Below are positions 38,288-51,415 of a stretch of DNA of 64,000 nucleotides, one piece after another. The DNA is taken from the NCBI GenBank assembly GCA_965235115.1, contig OZ249442.1, positions 34,658,001 to 34,722,000 on the forward strand, in the 5' to 3' direction. The position numbers and the translations under genes are program-made. This stretch comes from Laetmonice hystrix. Lineage: Eukaryota. The notes below the pieces were generated by a model, which was not told where the DNA came from, made no database searches, and was given only the letters and a program-made list of their open reading frames with translations. Position 1 is the first letter of the stretch. Each line of letters begins with the position of its first letter.

Positions 38288-38745
38288 GGGGTGGGTGTGG
38301 GGGACGACGGGGTGTGGGTATGGGTGGGTGTGGACAGAGCTGATCGTGGGTGTGAGAGTCACCTGGTTTGACGTGGGTGTGGGGGACGGGGTGTGGGTGT
38401 GGGGGACGGGGTGTGGGTATGGGTGGGTGTGGACAGAGCTGATCGTGGGTGTGAGAGTCACCTGGTTTGACGTGGGTGTGGGGGACGGGGTGTGGGTATA
38501 GGGTGGGTGTGGACAGACCCTGATCGTGGGTGTGAGAGTCACCTGGTTTGACGTGGGTGTGGGAACCAGATGACCCGTCACAGGACGGACGGGGTGGGTG
38601 TGGGGGACGGGGTGTGGGTGTGGGGGACGGGGTGTGGGTGTGTGGGACTGGGTGTGGGTATGTGTGGGTGTGGACAGACCCTGATCGTGGGTGTGAGAGT
38701 CACCTGGTTTGACGTGGGTGTGGGAACCAGATGACCCGTCACAAT
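38288..38745. repeat. GT-rich composite minisatellite, 4 copies of GGACAGA(G/C)C(T/C)GATCGTGGGTGTGAGAGTCACCTGGTTTGACG separated by variable (GTG/GGG) spacers
   Basis: TGGACAG at 38331, 38430, 38510 and 38671. Confidence 0.9.
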
Positions 38746-39974
38746 AGCCCTGTTCTGTCACTGCCACCCGTGTTGAGATGACGACAAGCTACAGAAACAA
38801 TAATCAGGTCTTACTTTGCGTAATGAGACACCTGTCTAAATAGATATGATCTGGCTCTCTCTTTACACATATGATATACGTCACCTTCCCGGAACGGCCG
38901 CCGATTGGTTCACATGTAGAACTTTCCGGAAGGTAGCTAAATTGGTTGATTATGACGTGTCACAGTGACAGTATAATAGGGCTGATTATGATATGTCACA
39001 GTGACAATAATGACCATTGTCTTCCGCCATTGTGACGTCAGCTGTGTGCCAACACTCGCCCACCTACATTGTGACCCCTGTGGGCAATAACTTATACTAT
39101 CTCATGAAAACAGATGGTCGGATATCAATATTAAACATCAGAATACTGAGAGTGGTCATATTTACGCTTTGCCAGGTGTGAATGCTGCATTAACATACGT
39201 TGGACATACCTTTTGCGTATGTATGTATATGTATATCAAATTCTCTCTTTAATTTTGTTAACATGGGACGATACTGCTTTCTTATGCCGGTGGGTGTAGC
39301 TTGAAATTGGAATGGGATTATTGTATACCGATAATATCGGTCATGTTAACTTAGCGCAGGTAAGGGTTTGCTACTGAAGGTAAAAGTTCGAAAATATACA
39401 GGTAAGATCTGGGTCAGGGTAAATAGAATCGGCTGGAATCAGTGTCGTCGATGGTTGGGGAGTGAAGGGGGGGGGGGGGGTGTACAGGTATTGTGTCGAC
39501 AGATGGCGCTGTTAGCTCTTACCGTATGCAGTCCTTGTTTATGAGTGTCGTTAGTTGACATTTAACCCCGACCTGATGATGGGATGCTCCGACTCACCCT
39601 GCCATCAGACAGGTGGGTGCCCCCTGCCCCCGGGGGCCTACCCCCCTCAATCATGATACCCCTACATTAACCCCCCTAGATAACGTCTAGAAAACATCGA
39701 CTGGCGGGCCACAAACCCGTTCCTGTGCACTGAGACAAAAAGGCCCTGATTTAGTGGGCCGGGACAGTGGGCCGCCCAATGGGACATCAACGAGTCACAG
39801 ACCCAGATTCCTTGGTTTCAATTATGACAAGAGCTCGAGGTCTGTAATCAGGGAGTTGATATTAGCACTCAGATAACATCGGCCGGAAGTGGCCTGAATA
39901 CCTTGGGGATGGAGACAGGTCTTATATATCATCACTAAGACTGGGAATCATGACGGACGTCGCCTCCCGTGACG

Positions 39975-40385
39975 GCTACCTCATAACAAGACAGGACGGG
40001 ACGGGCACCACCTCATAACAGGACGGGACGGGTACCACCTCATAACAAGACAGGACGGGGCGGGACGGGCACCACCTCATAACAAGACAGGACGGGACAG
40101 TTAGCACCTCATAACAAGACAGGACGTGACGGGCACCACCTCATAACAGGACGTGACGGGCACCACCTCATAACAGGACGGGGCGGGCACCACCTCATAA
40201 CAAGACAGGACGGGACGGCCAGCACCTCATAACAGGACGGGAAGGGCACCACCTCATAACATGATCGCACCCACGGGACGGGCACCACCTCATAACAGGA
40301 TGGGACACTCAGAATGCTGCACCACCTCATAACAGGACGGGACACTCGGAATGCTGCAGCACCTCATAACAGGACGGGACACTCG
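39975..40385. repeat. Variable ~26-34-bp minisatellite CACCTCATAACA(AGACA)GGACGGGACGGG, ~13 copies
   Basis: Direct reading of the sequence. Confidence 0.9.
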
Positions 40386-40511
40386 GCTACTGAGGCCAAG
40401 GGGATAGTGGGGAAAGCAAAGAAAGGCAAACCAAAAGGAAAGGGACAAGACAATTGCGCACCATCATTAGTCGGATGGCAATATGACGAGAAGGAATGAG
40501 AATATATTGGA

Positions 40512-41214
40512 TATTTGATGCGATTATTACTCGAGAGGTTATTTGGAACCAGGAATGTGAGGAAGATCCTGGAGGAGAATCGATAATGACGGCGGGATGG
40601 AGGAAGGATCGCAGTGAGAAAGGTGAAGACGGTTTTTGTCAACCTCTATAACATAGGCTCCGGGCCACATTCCTTGGGGGCAAGCTGACCACAAGACATC
40701 TTGTGGTCAACAGTAGTGCACTGACCACTGCACTGACCACTCCAATTGTCGCTGACAATGACCAGTTATTTACAGCGGGTGGGTGTTAAAATGATGAACC
40801 CCAGGGTGTATAAATCGTAGCCCGTATTGCAGGGGTAGATTGCGCCCAAGGCGCCCCCCCCCCCCCCGGACCGGTGTTTTCATGTCGGTGAGGTGGCAGG
40901 GCGGGGCGGGGCTGGGCTCACTCCACTCAACTATACTCTGGCAGACAACTCTGCTCGGACAGTAAACACTGCGGCCTCAGCTGGTCTTACTGATCGTCAG
41001 CTGGCTTAGTAAGGTCCGGAGTTTACGGCAGGATTCAGCTTTTTTTTTTGGGGGGGGGGGGGGGGGTGGGGGGGTGCGTGCCCCTTGAAAACCCCTGCGT
41101 CTTCACCTTCCTCACTGCGATCCTTCGTCCATCCCGCCGTCGTTATCGCCAGGATCTTCCTCATAACAACATTCTTGGTTCCAAATAAACTCTCGAGTAT
41201 AATCGCATCAAATA
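40512..41214. repeat. Long inverted repeat (fold-back): ~120-bp arms 40512-40631 and 41098-41214 around a ~465-bp spacer
   Basis: Left arm TATTTGATGCGATTATTACTCGAGAGG...AGGTGAAGACG is the reverse complement of the right arm CGTCTTCACC...CTCGAGTATAATCGCATCAAATA, apart from a few substitutions and indels. Confidence 0.9.
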
Positions 41215-41325
41215 GATTTTTACCAATGGAACAAGAGCGGGCTAGTTTTTTAACAGCTCAGGCGAAACAAAATCGCAAAACACTGTGTAGCGTATATATA
41301 ACGTTTACCAAAGGTGTGCCTTATA

Positions 41326-42304
41326 GCGGTAAAAACCTTTAGCTCCCCCTACCCCCTTGTACGAGTATAAAACCTTTAGCTCCCCCTACCCCCTTGTACT
41401 GGTATAAAACCTTTAGCTCCCCCTACCCCCTTGTACGAGTATAAAAACTTTAGCTCCCCCTACCCCCTTGTACGGGTATAAAACCTTTAGCCCCCCCCCC
41501 CAACCCCGTTGTACGAGTATAAAACCTTTAGCTCCCCCTACCCCCTTGTACTGGTATAAAACCTTTAGCTCCCCCTACCCCCTTGTACGGGTATAAAAAC
41601 TTTAGCTCCCCCTACCCCCTTGTACGGGTATAAAACCTTTAGCTCCCCCTACCCCCTTGTACGGGTATAAAACCTTTAGCTCCCCCTACCCCCTTGTACG
41701 AGTATAAAACCTTTAGCTCCCCCTACCCCCTTGTACTGGTATAAAACCTTTAGCTCCCCCTACCCCCTTGTACGGGTATAAAACCTTTAGCTCCCCCTAC
41801 CCCCTTGTACTGGTATAAAACCTTTAGCTCCCCCTACCCCCTTGTACGAGTATAAAAACTTTAGCTCCCCCTACCCCCTTGTACTGGTATAAAACCTTTA
41901 GCTCCCCCTACCCCCTTGTACGGGTATAAAACCTTTAGCTCCCGCTACCCCCTTGTACGGGTATAAAACCTTTAGCTCCCCCTACCCCCTTGTACGGGTA
42001 TAAAAACTTTAGCTCCCCCCTACCCCCTTGTACGGGTATAAAACCTTTAGCTCCCCCTACCCCCTTGTACGGGTATAAAACCTTTAGCTCCCCCTACCCC
42101 CTTGTACGGGTATAAAACCTTTAGCTCCCGCTACCCCCTTGTACGGGTATAAAACCTTTAGCTCCCCCTACCCCCTTGTACGGGTATAAAACCTTTAGCT
42201 CCCCCTACCCCCTTGTACGGGTATAACAACTTTAGCTCCCCCTACCCCCTTGTACGGGTATAAAAACTTTAGCTCCCCCTACCCCCTTGTACGGGTATAA
42301 AACT
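41326..42304. repeat. 37-bp minisatellite TATAAAACCTTTAGCTCCCCCTACCCCCTTGTACGGG, ~26 copies
   Basis: AGCTCC recurs at 41341, 41378 and onward. Confidence 0.98.
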
Positions 42305-42996
42305 CGACATCGATACGGACGGGCGGGGTGATGGGCACCTGACTAGTTTAGTATCGGAAACTTCCGAACCGGATCTCGCCAATTGGTGGGGAAAACTACA
42401 ATAGCATGTCAGAGCATATCTGAAAAAAAAACTGCAATAGCATGTCAGAATATCTCGACACAAACGTGTGGGGTAGGGGCAACATTCAGCACCTTAAAAG
42501 GAGTTTTTTGTCTGCTAATGGTAGACCGTAATGATGTGTGGAGGTTTTGTGGGGTGTGGGGAGGAAGGCGTTCCGCATGGCTGAATGTGAGATGTGTGAC
42601 GGGGAAAGAGAGCGGTGCAGCCCGCAGACAGGCAGGCCGGGGGTGGGAGGGTGGGAGGGAGGGGGTGTTAGGGGTGGTTCCGTGTCATGTTGAGGTGATA
42701 CGAGCCGGCAGACAGAGCGCAGTGAGCAGGGGTAGGATACAGATGTTCCGTCCTTTATTAACGTCTCGCCGACGTCACCTCAACTACTCGCGGACAGGTG
42801 TTAGAACAGCCAGGTAGATCGCCACCACACCTGAGTGTGGACCGTGTCGGTGTGTTGGATTAACCCGGAGTTTGTGGAGTCAACCCGGCCTGGATTATAG
42901 AGATGATGATGATTGGGCAGGTTACCCAGCGGATGAAAGCTCCGGGCGACAGCGGCCGCGCTAACGGCAAGGTAGGGTGAGATTATACAGGCATCG

Positions 42997-43520
42997 GACC
43001 TGAGGCTGGCACGGCACGGTCTGCCCGGCCTCAGGTCCCGGCCTTACCCGTGCATGGCCCGGCCTGAGGCTGGCACGGCACGGTCTGCCCGGCATCAGGT
43101 CCCGGCCTTACCCGTGCATGGCCCGGCCTGAGGCTGGCACGGCACGGTCTGCCCGGCATCAGGTCCCGGCCTTACCCGTGCATGGCCCGGCCTGAGGCTG
43201 GCACGACACGGTCTGCCCGGCCTCAGGTCCCGGCCTTACCCGTGCATGGCCCAGCCTGAGGCTGGCACAGCCCGGTCTGACCGGCCTCAGGTTACCCGTG
43301 CATGGCCCGGCCTGAGGCTGGCACGGCACGGTCTGCCCGGCCTCCGGTCCCGGCCTTACCCGTGCATAGCCCGGCCTGAGGCTGGCACGGCTCGGTCTGT
43401 CCGGCCTCAGGTCCCGGCCTTACCCGTGCATAGCCCGGCCTGAGGCTGGCACGGCTCGGTCTGTCCGGCCTCAGGTCCCGGCCTTACCCGTGCATGGCCC
43501 GGCCTGAGGCTGGCCCGGTC
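42997..43520. repeat. 64-bp GC-rich minisatellite with internal hairpin, ~8 copies
   Basis: TGAGGCTGG at 43001, 43065 and onward; the first unit has an 11-bp stem GGACCTGAGGC/GCCTCAGGTCC. Confidence 0.95.
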
Positions 43521-44169
43521 TGCCCGGGCTCTGGGCCCCAGTTCCCGGCCTCTCCGCCTTCCACCCCCGGCTTGCGGCCGCCCATCCCCGGTCTCCGGTA
43601 CCCCGCCAGCCGGCCTCCTATACCCCCGACCGTATACCCTCCCGACGTCCCTCAATCCTCCCTCCCTGACGTCACCTGTCAATGTGTCAGTTAGAAACTT
43701 GTTACGACACGACAGGAAGGCTTCAGAAATATTTGTCTAGTGGTCAAAGTGAAGGTCTCATCAGTTCTGATAAAACATTGAAGAGATACGAAAGGTAGGA
43801 AAGACCATTATTAAGGTGTGTCGCATTCAGAGATATTCTCATAGAATTCCAGGTTTTTATACTCGGTGAAGAGTGGTCAGTGATCTTCAATTAAATCCGT
43901 ACACAGGAAGGCTCACAGGAACCGGAAGAGCCGGGAATATGGAGATTGGTCGGGAGAGCGTCTTGTTGACAGGCCGTGGAGTGGTCAGTATTGACCGACC
44001 AATCACTGACCAGTCACTGATGACGGTTCCCATGCTATGGAGATGGCGTGATTACCTTATGTTATGCTCTGTGTCCGGGAGGGGGCGCTGTACCCAGCTC
44101 TCTGCAGACTGACATGTTGAGACCACTGAGTGCAAGGTGGTCATGTTTCCTTGAATCGGTCCATGTTTT

Positions 44170-44620
44170 CATGTTAAGGGGTGGGGTAACATGTACGATA
44201 CCGGGAAACATGTCACATACCAGGAACAGGGGGGTACCGGTACACATCATGTGACTTACCGGAGAACATGTGGCATGCCAAGAAACATGTGGCATACCAG
44301 GAAACATGTGACAAACAGGAAACAAGGAAGCAGGGTAGAGTTCGGTAAACATGTCATATACCAGTAGGCATGGGAGATCCTGGTGAATTGGTTTAGGGGA
44401 TTCGGTAAATAGGGGAGATACCAGTAAAAACGGTAAAAATAGTAAATTGATATAACATGCCGTTAAAACTGATCAGGTATAGCGGTAAACAGGTGCGGTA
44501 ACTGTTAACAGGCGAGGTGTACAGCAGGATATCGGTAAATACCTGAGATATTTGTAAACACGCAACACAGCCATTACCAGCTGCGATACCTGTAAAAGGG
44601 TGCGATACCGGTAAAAAGAT
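44170..44620. repeat. Old degenerate repeat (AACATGT..CATACC / GGTAAA motifs)
   Basis: Recurrent short motifs without a clean period. Confidence 0.55.
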
Positions 44621-45784
44621 GAGATCGGCGTTTATGGTGGAAGGGGTCATACGGAACGGCTTGGCCGGTCAGCTGAGACTGTAGGCCAGCTGATACTCAC
44701 GGAGGTGACAATGACCCGTGGATTACCCCCCCCCCGGGCCCAGGTATCTCAAACACCTAACTGTTCGACCGGAGATGGGAAAAGACAGCAACTATCCGTA
44801 AAGCCGAGAGGGTACTCTTTTTCTTGTTGTGGGTTAAGTTTGTAATCGGTTGTAAAACCGTGAGGCTTTCATAATTGTACGATTATCTTATCACCGGGAG
44901 AAGACCCCCGTACATGAAACCCGATTCTCTGTAATCTTTATAATTTAAAACTTTTAATTGAGAAAAATGCCCCCCTCACGTTTGCCTCGGGGGTATGGTT
45001 TTTATGAGTGTGAGCTAATTAATAACTTGAAGTCAAGTTAATAGTTTTATAAAAACATCAGAGGAACCAACATTTAATACAGTGAATGGGCATGACGTGT
45101 CGTGGGGTTGGGGGGTTAGTGACTGGCCACTAACTGACCGTGGCATATGGTAGTCACAACCATTCCGCCTCACTTTAGACTCCATTTAAAATGCTCTGGC
45201 CGCCATGCTTGCTCCGTTTACTATTAGAAGTAAAGACTTCCGTTTGAAGACCGTTCAATGATAAATGCCTGCATCGATACATTTGTTGGGCGGAGACAAT
45301 GTGAATTATCTGTGAGTGTCTAATTGTAGTGAGGTGGGGGTGAAGGGTCGGGGTGAGGGTAGGCCAGCGCCCGGCAGCAGGCATGTGCACTTACTGCCTC
45401 TCAACTAATGAGGGGGTTGGAGTCGTAATGAGTGGTGTGGCCCAGTTATGTTCAGAACAGAGAGACAGAGACAACTGAATTCACCTACTGGCCAGCTGCT
45501 CAGCAAGGGCTGCTGCCTAATTACCCATTAAAGACTGAGGACTAATTACCCATTAAAGACAGTAAGAGGCCACTGCATAAACTGAAACCTGCGGTTTCAA
45601 GATTTAAATATTTATAGGGTTATTTTCATAAAGCTATCTCCATAATTGTCCCACGCTTTCGTGTCAGTTACTTCGACGACATCTTAATTTCGATGTAATT
45701 GCAGTTAAAAAGACAGCACACGTGTTTTCTATGGCCTGCTGGGTAGTGGCGTTACTTATATCAGGGACTTACTTAGATGCTGCT

Positions 45785-47852
45785 GTCTGTGTGAGGACCT
45801 TCACCTAGGTCCCTCTCATCAGGTCCTACCGATCAGATATTGATACAGAGAAGGTAGAATAGACCCTGACTGATGGTGTAAATCGCTCTCTGTGTGAGGA
45901 CTTACATCTAGGTCCTACCAATCAGATATTGATACAGAGATGGTAGAATAGACCCTGACTGATGGTGGATATCTCTCTGTGTGGGGACTTCCACCGAGGT
46001 CCCTATCATCAGGTCCTACCAATCAGATATTGATACAGAGAAGGTAGAATAGACCCTGACTGATGGTGGATCTCTCTCTGTGTGAGGACTTCCACCTAGG
46101 TCCCTATCATCAGGTCCTACCAATCAGATATTGATACAGAGACGTTAGAATAGACCCTGACTGATGGTGGATATATCTCTCTCTGTGTGAGGACTTCCAC
46201 CTGGGTCCCTATCATCAGGTCCTACCAATCAGATATTGATACAGAGAAGGTAGAATAGACCCTGACTGATGGTGTAAATCGCTCTCTGTGTGAGGACTTC
46301 CACCTAGGTCCCTATCATCAGGTCCTACCAATCAGATATTGATACAGAGAAGGTAGAATAGACCCTGACTGATGGTGGATATCTCTCTCTCTCTGTGAGG
46401 ACTTCCACCTAGGTCCTACCAATCAGATATTGATACAGAGATGGTAGAATAGACCCTGACTGATGGTGGATATCTCTCTGTGTGAGGACTTCCACCTGGG
46501 TCCCTATCATCAGGTCCTACCAATCAGATATTGATACAGAGAAGGTAGAATAGACCCTGACTGATGGTGTAAATCCCTCTCCCTGTCTCTTCTTCCGCCT
46601 AGGTCCCTATCATCAGGTCCTACCAATCAGATATTGATACAGAGATGGTAGAATAGACCCTGACTGATGGTGGATATCTCTCTGTGTGAGGACTTCCACC
46701 TGGGTCCCTATCATCAGGTCCTACCAATCAGATATTGATACAGAGAAGGTAGAATAGACCCTGACTGATGGTGTAAATCGCTCTCCCTCTCCCTCTCTCT
46801 CCTTCCGCCTAGGTCCCTATCATCAGGTCCTACCAATCAGATATTGATACAGAGAAGGTAGAATAGACCCTGACTGATGGTGTAAATCGCTCTCCCTCTC
46901 CCTCTCTCTCCTTCCGCCTAGGTCCCTATCATCAGGTCCTACCAATCAGATATTGATACAGAGAAGGTAGAATAGACCCTGACTGATGGTGTAAATCGCT
47001 CTCTGTGTGAGGACTTCCACCTAGGTCCCTATCATCAGGTCCTACCAATCAGATATTGATACAGAGAAGGTAGAATAGACCCTGACTGATGGTGGATATC
47101 TCTCTCTCTCTGTGAGGACTTCCACCTAGGTCCTACCAATCAGATATTGATACAGAGATGGTAGAATAGACCCTGACTGATGGTGGATATCTCTCTGTGT
47201 GAGGACTTCCACCTGGGTCCCTATCATCAGGTCCTACCAATCAGATATTGATACAGAGAAGGTAGAATAGACCCTGACTGATGGTGTAAATCCCTCTCCC
47301 TGTCTCTCCTTCCGCCTAGGTCCCTATCATCAGGTCCTACCAATCAGATATTGATACAGAGATGGTAGAATAGACCCTGACTGATGGTGGATATCTCTCT
47401 GTGTGAGGACTTCCACCTGGGTCCCTATCATCAGGTCCTACCAATCAGATATTGATACAGAGAAGGTAGAATAGACCCTGACTGATGGTGTAAATCGCTC
47501 TCCCTCTCCCTCTCTCTCCTTCCGCCTAGGTCCCTATCATCAGGTCCTACCAATCAGATATTGATACAGAGAAGGTAGAATAGACCCTGACTGATGGTGT
47601 AAATCGCTCTCCCTCTCCCTCTCTCTCCTTCCGCCTAGGTCCCTATCATCAGGTCCTACCAATCAGATATTGATACAGAGAAGGTAGAATAGACCCTGAC
47701 TGATGGTGTAAATCGCTCTCCCTCTCCCTCTCTCTCCTTCCGCCTAGGTCCCTATCATCAGGTCCTACCAATCAGATATTGATACAGAGAAGGTAGAATA
47801 GACCCTGACTGATGGTGTAAATCGCTCTCCCTCCCTCTCCTTCCGCCTAGGT
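45785..47852. repeat. ~105-bp (about 90-115) minisatellite, 20 copies, with a 717-bp higher-order duplication
   Basis: Invariant core CCAATCAGATATTGATACAGAG(A/T)..GTAGAATAGACCCTGACTGATGGTG; the short variant recurs at 46393 and 47110. Confidence 0.97.
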
Positions 47853-48796
47853 CCCAGCCACAGTTGTCTGCAGCAAGTTCTTAGTTTAGCTCGAAACATT
47901 GAATCCATTGGGTCAGTGGAATTATATCTCGTTGAAAAAATTGTTTGAGTGTAGATGTAAAATCAATAATGGACTTCACTGAACTCTACTATTTGTTTTC
48001 TGCGGGTTGGACTGGGAACTAATTTATTTATCGAGACTTGAAGGCAAATACAGTCCCTTTGTTGTCGGCGGAATGAAGGTCAGTATTTGACCTTTTAGTG
48101 AAGTTCAAAATAGTTGCCGTATGGACACAGGATTGGTGTATCGTTTGAACTTTCTACAAACTCAGCGTGCCCCTCTCGATGGTATCGGCAAACAGAACTC
48201 CGAATTTTCCCTTGGTTTTGACGTGTAAATAAAATGGTGAGAGCTCTGTGTATTGGAGTCTGATTAAATAGTTTGGATAGCCCGCCCGGGGTTACGGCAC
48301 CCCTGGCCTAAAGACCTGAGGGTAGTGAGGGGTTGTGAGGGGTGGGTAACGACCTTGTCATCAGGTTATTCATTCAACCAATGGAAGTACGTGTATGACA
48401 TAGTGATGCCAGAAGTGGTACATGGGGAGGATTTCAAAGGTATAGGTGTCCGGCTGAGGTGGGGTTGGGTGGGGTCAGTCGGGTGTTCACCCTCCTGGAC
48501 AGAGGGTGTATATATATATGTCTGCGCTCCTCTGTGTGTAGGAGCTCCACCAGACCCGGGGGGGGGGGATTGGGCTATGTTGTACATCCAAACCAGGTTT
48601 GTTCAGGTGGACCCACGGGTAGACCGTCTGTGGACACCACGCATACAAACATTAAAGTCAGACATCTCTCCGATTTCAGACCACACACACCACATTCTCT
48701 CATTAATAATTACATACATATTTGTTGTGGGTCAAAAGGTCAGACTTTATGCGTGGGCGGCGTTCTCTTTTTGACGGTTTTTTTTGGGGACGCTGT

Positions 48797-49372
48797 CCCC
48801 CAGGAAGGGATCAGCCCCAGGAATCCCTCGTACGGAAGGGATCAGCCCCTGGAATCCCTCCTACGGAAGGGGTCAACCCCTGGAATCATTCCTACGGAAG
48901 GGATCAGCCCCTGGAATCCCTCCTACGGAAGGGATCAGCCCCTGGAATCCCTCCTACGGAAGGGATCAGCCCCTGGAATCCCTCCTACGGAAGGGATCAG
49001 CCCCTGGAATCCCTCCTACGGAAGGGGTCAGCCCCTGGAATCCCTCCTACGGAAGGGATCAGCCCCTGGAATCATTCCTACGGAAGGGGTCAGCCCCTGG
49101 AATCCCTCCTACGGAAGGGATCAGCCCCTGGAATCATTCCTACGGAAGGGGTCAGCCCCTGGAATCCCTCCTACGGAAGGGATCAGCCCCTGGAATCATT
49201 CCTACGGAAGGGGTCAGCCCCTGGAATCCCTCCTACGGAAGGGATCAGCCCCTGGAATCCCTCCTACGGAAGGGATCAGCCCCTGGAATCCCTCCTACGG
49301 AAGGGATCAGCCCCTGGAATCCCTCCTACGGAAGGGATCAGCCCCTGGAATCCCTTCTACGGAAGGGATCAG
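48797..49372. repeat. 31-bp minisatellite GGAATCCCTCCTACGGAAGGGATCAGCCCCT, ~18 copies
   Basis: GGAATC at 48851, 48882 and onward; no spacers. Confidence 0.97.
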
Positions 49373-51415
49373 AATTCATGACGGAGACGAGGACCTATAA
49401 AATAGTTATCACAGGTTGATGTCATGTGGCATCCCAAGGACTGATCCAGAAAACCCGAACTCGCGTCATTGCCCAGGCGTCATGACCTGAGGTAGAAAGC
49501 TTCCTCTGCCAAGGTTTGAGAAGGTTTGTTACGTTAGTGACATGCTCATCATATTGTCCTAACAAAACGCTGTCCGGTCATGGCCAAATGGCCCGGACAA
49601 GGCCCAGACCAGTGTGATGTCTTACAGGATAGCATGAATATAAATTTATGAGAGGGTCCCCACCAACATGGACCGTGTTGAGGGGAAGGGGGTGGGGGGA
49701 TGTTTTACGGCGTCTTTTGTAAACCTCTCCATCTGAGCATGCGCAGCAGCCATCAGAGAACTCTCCTGATGTGGAGGGGCGTTGTGATGTCCTATCGACT
49801 GGCGGCAAACATCAAAGAGATGATATTCTCTGTGTCCATGTACCAATAGTTATTGTCTCTTTGTACACTGAGCCCCGCAGTCATGGCAACCCCCCCCCCC
49901 CTCCCATATCTGGTGATACTTGTATATATAACTCGGAGATGGGTATACAATACGGGGATGAGGGCGTAGGAGATCTAGATTAGGGTATGATAATGTAAGC
50001 CTACAACCCAGTGTTCTAATTGATGAGGGGTTTATATGACAAGGGGGGTAGAAGAAGACTAGAATGAGGGTTATATTTGTCACTGGTTAGGAATCCGCAA
50101 GGCATGAATGAGGGGTCCATATTATGAATGAGGGTTGTGTAATATTTTAATGATACATAACGGGGACCCGAACCCCAATCCACAAACCCCAACTACCTAC
50201 CCACACGCCACACTCCAATATTTAATCGGGTTTATATAATCAGGGTGTCTTCAATTATCATGTTGGTCATATATGAGATCGCCGGCCCTTGTGTTTTCAG
50301 TGGTGTAGAGTGCCTTAATATTGTACACAGTCTTGCATTTTTCCAGCTGTGTCTTTCAGTTGAATGTTCCAGTAGTGTTTAGTGGACCAGCTCCGTTCTT
50401 TCTTTCAGTGTCAGTGTCCAGTAAGGCGAATGTCTTTTCGACGTCCATGTGAAGGATAGAATCCATATCTGGAAAGGAGAACCAGTGCAGCATAAAATAC
50501 AAGTGTGAAATTGTACTTTTAAATCACAAATCGTATGGACGTCGCAAGGACACTCGGCTGTCTATAGATTCCCTCCCTTCAGTTCAGGGTTCCTACTCTG
50601 TCCAAGCTGCTCCCGTAACGAGCGTTTTAGGACAATTAAGGGATGAACATCAAACAGCGGACCGCCCTGAAATCAATTCATCCCAGCCGTGTGGTGCTCA
50701 CTGATGTGAGGCCGACCGTAGCTCGGGGGAGATCGGGGATGTCCGGAATCGCTCGGTCCACTGCCGACCAACAAGAGCTCAGTGAAGCCAGCACGGGTTG
50801 TGTTAATTCTACCTGACGTTTGCAACTGCAACCCGCAATTTCCAACATGTGTTTGCACTTTTCGCCTGTTCCCGACCGCGTGTTTCCTGTATGCGGTGCG
50901 ACAGCTCGCACCATTCTGGTCAGTCATTCACTGACCGCTAAGTCAGTCCTTGACCACTGTGGAGTCAGGTGTTCGAACTGGTGGACCCGCTACTCACACC
51001 CACAATGTGGACCCGGGTTTGGAATCCTATTATTTTATCAGATAACTTGCTCATATTTATATGTGATTGCGAACAAGGGAATTTTAAATGTGTCTTGATA
51101 TACGGAGAATAGAATGGTTTCTGCTACATGTAATTACAGCATGTAAGCAGTGTTGGGGTGTGATTTCTCGGACACGGCGCAAACACACCCCGGCGCAGCT
51201 CGACTAATTAGATTTGGGACTTGGGTTGATTAGCACTGGTGAATCAACAGGAGACCGACCAATGATCCTATAGTTGTAAACTTACTGTACAATCATGTTC
51301 TGTGTGAGTGGTAGCGGTGATGCCTTGTGTGGTGAATACACGGGGTTTATGGGATGTGACATGGTGACATCATCACGGGGTCAGAGAGCAAATCAATTTA
51401 TGAGTTGGTCGTCTC

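Noticed and set aside
48459-49419. 313-aa ORF, and a CRISPR-like palindromic 31-bp repeat (ATCCCT...AGGGAT stem)
   Set aside because: Units are head-to-tail with no unique spacers and no cas genes, in a eukaryotic context; the ORF is a repeat artefact.
50356-50930. Antisense exon-like segment (strong minus-strand acceptor before 50468) and nearby Cys-containing ORFs
   Set aside because: Short frames, no coherent spliced product or recognisable domain.
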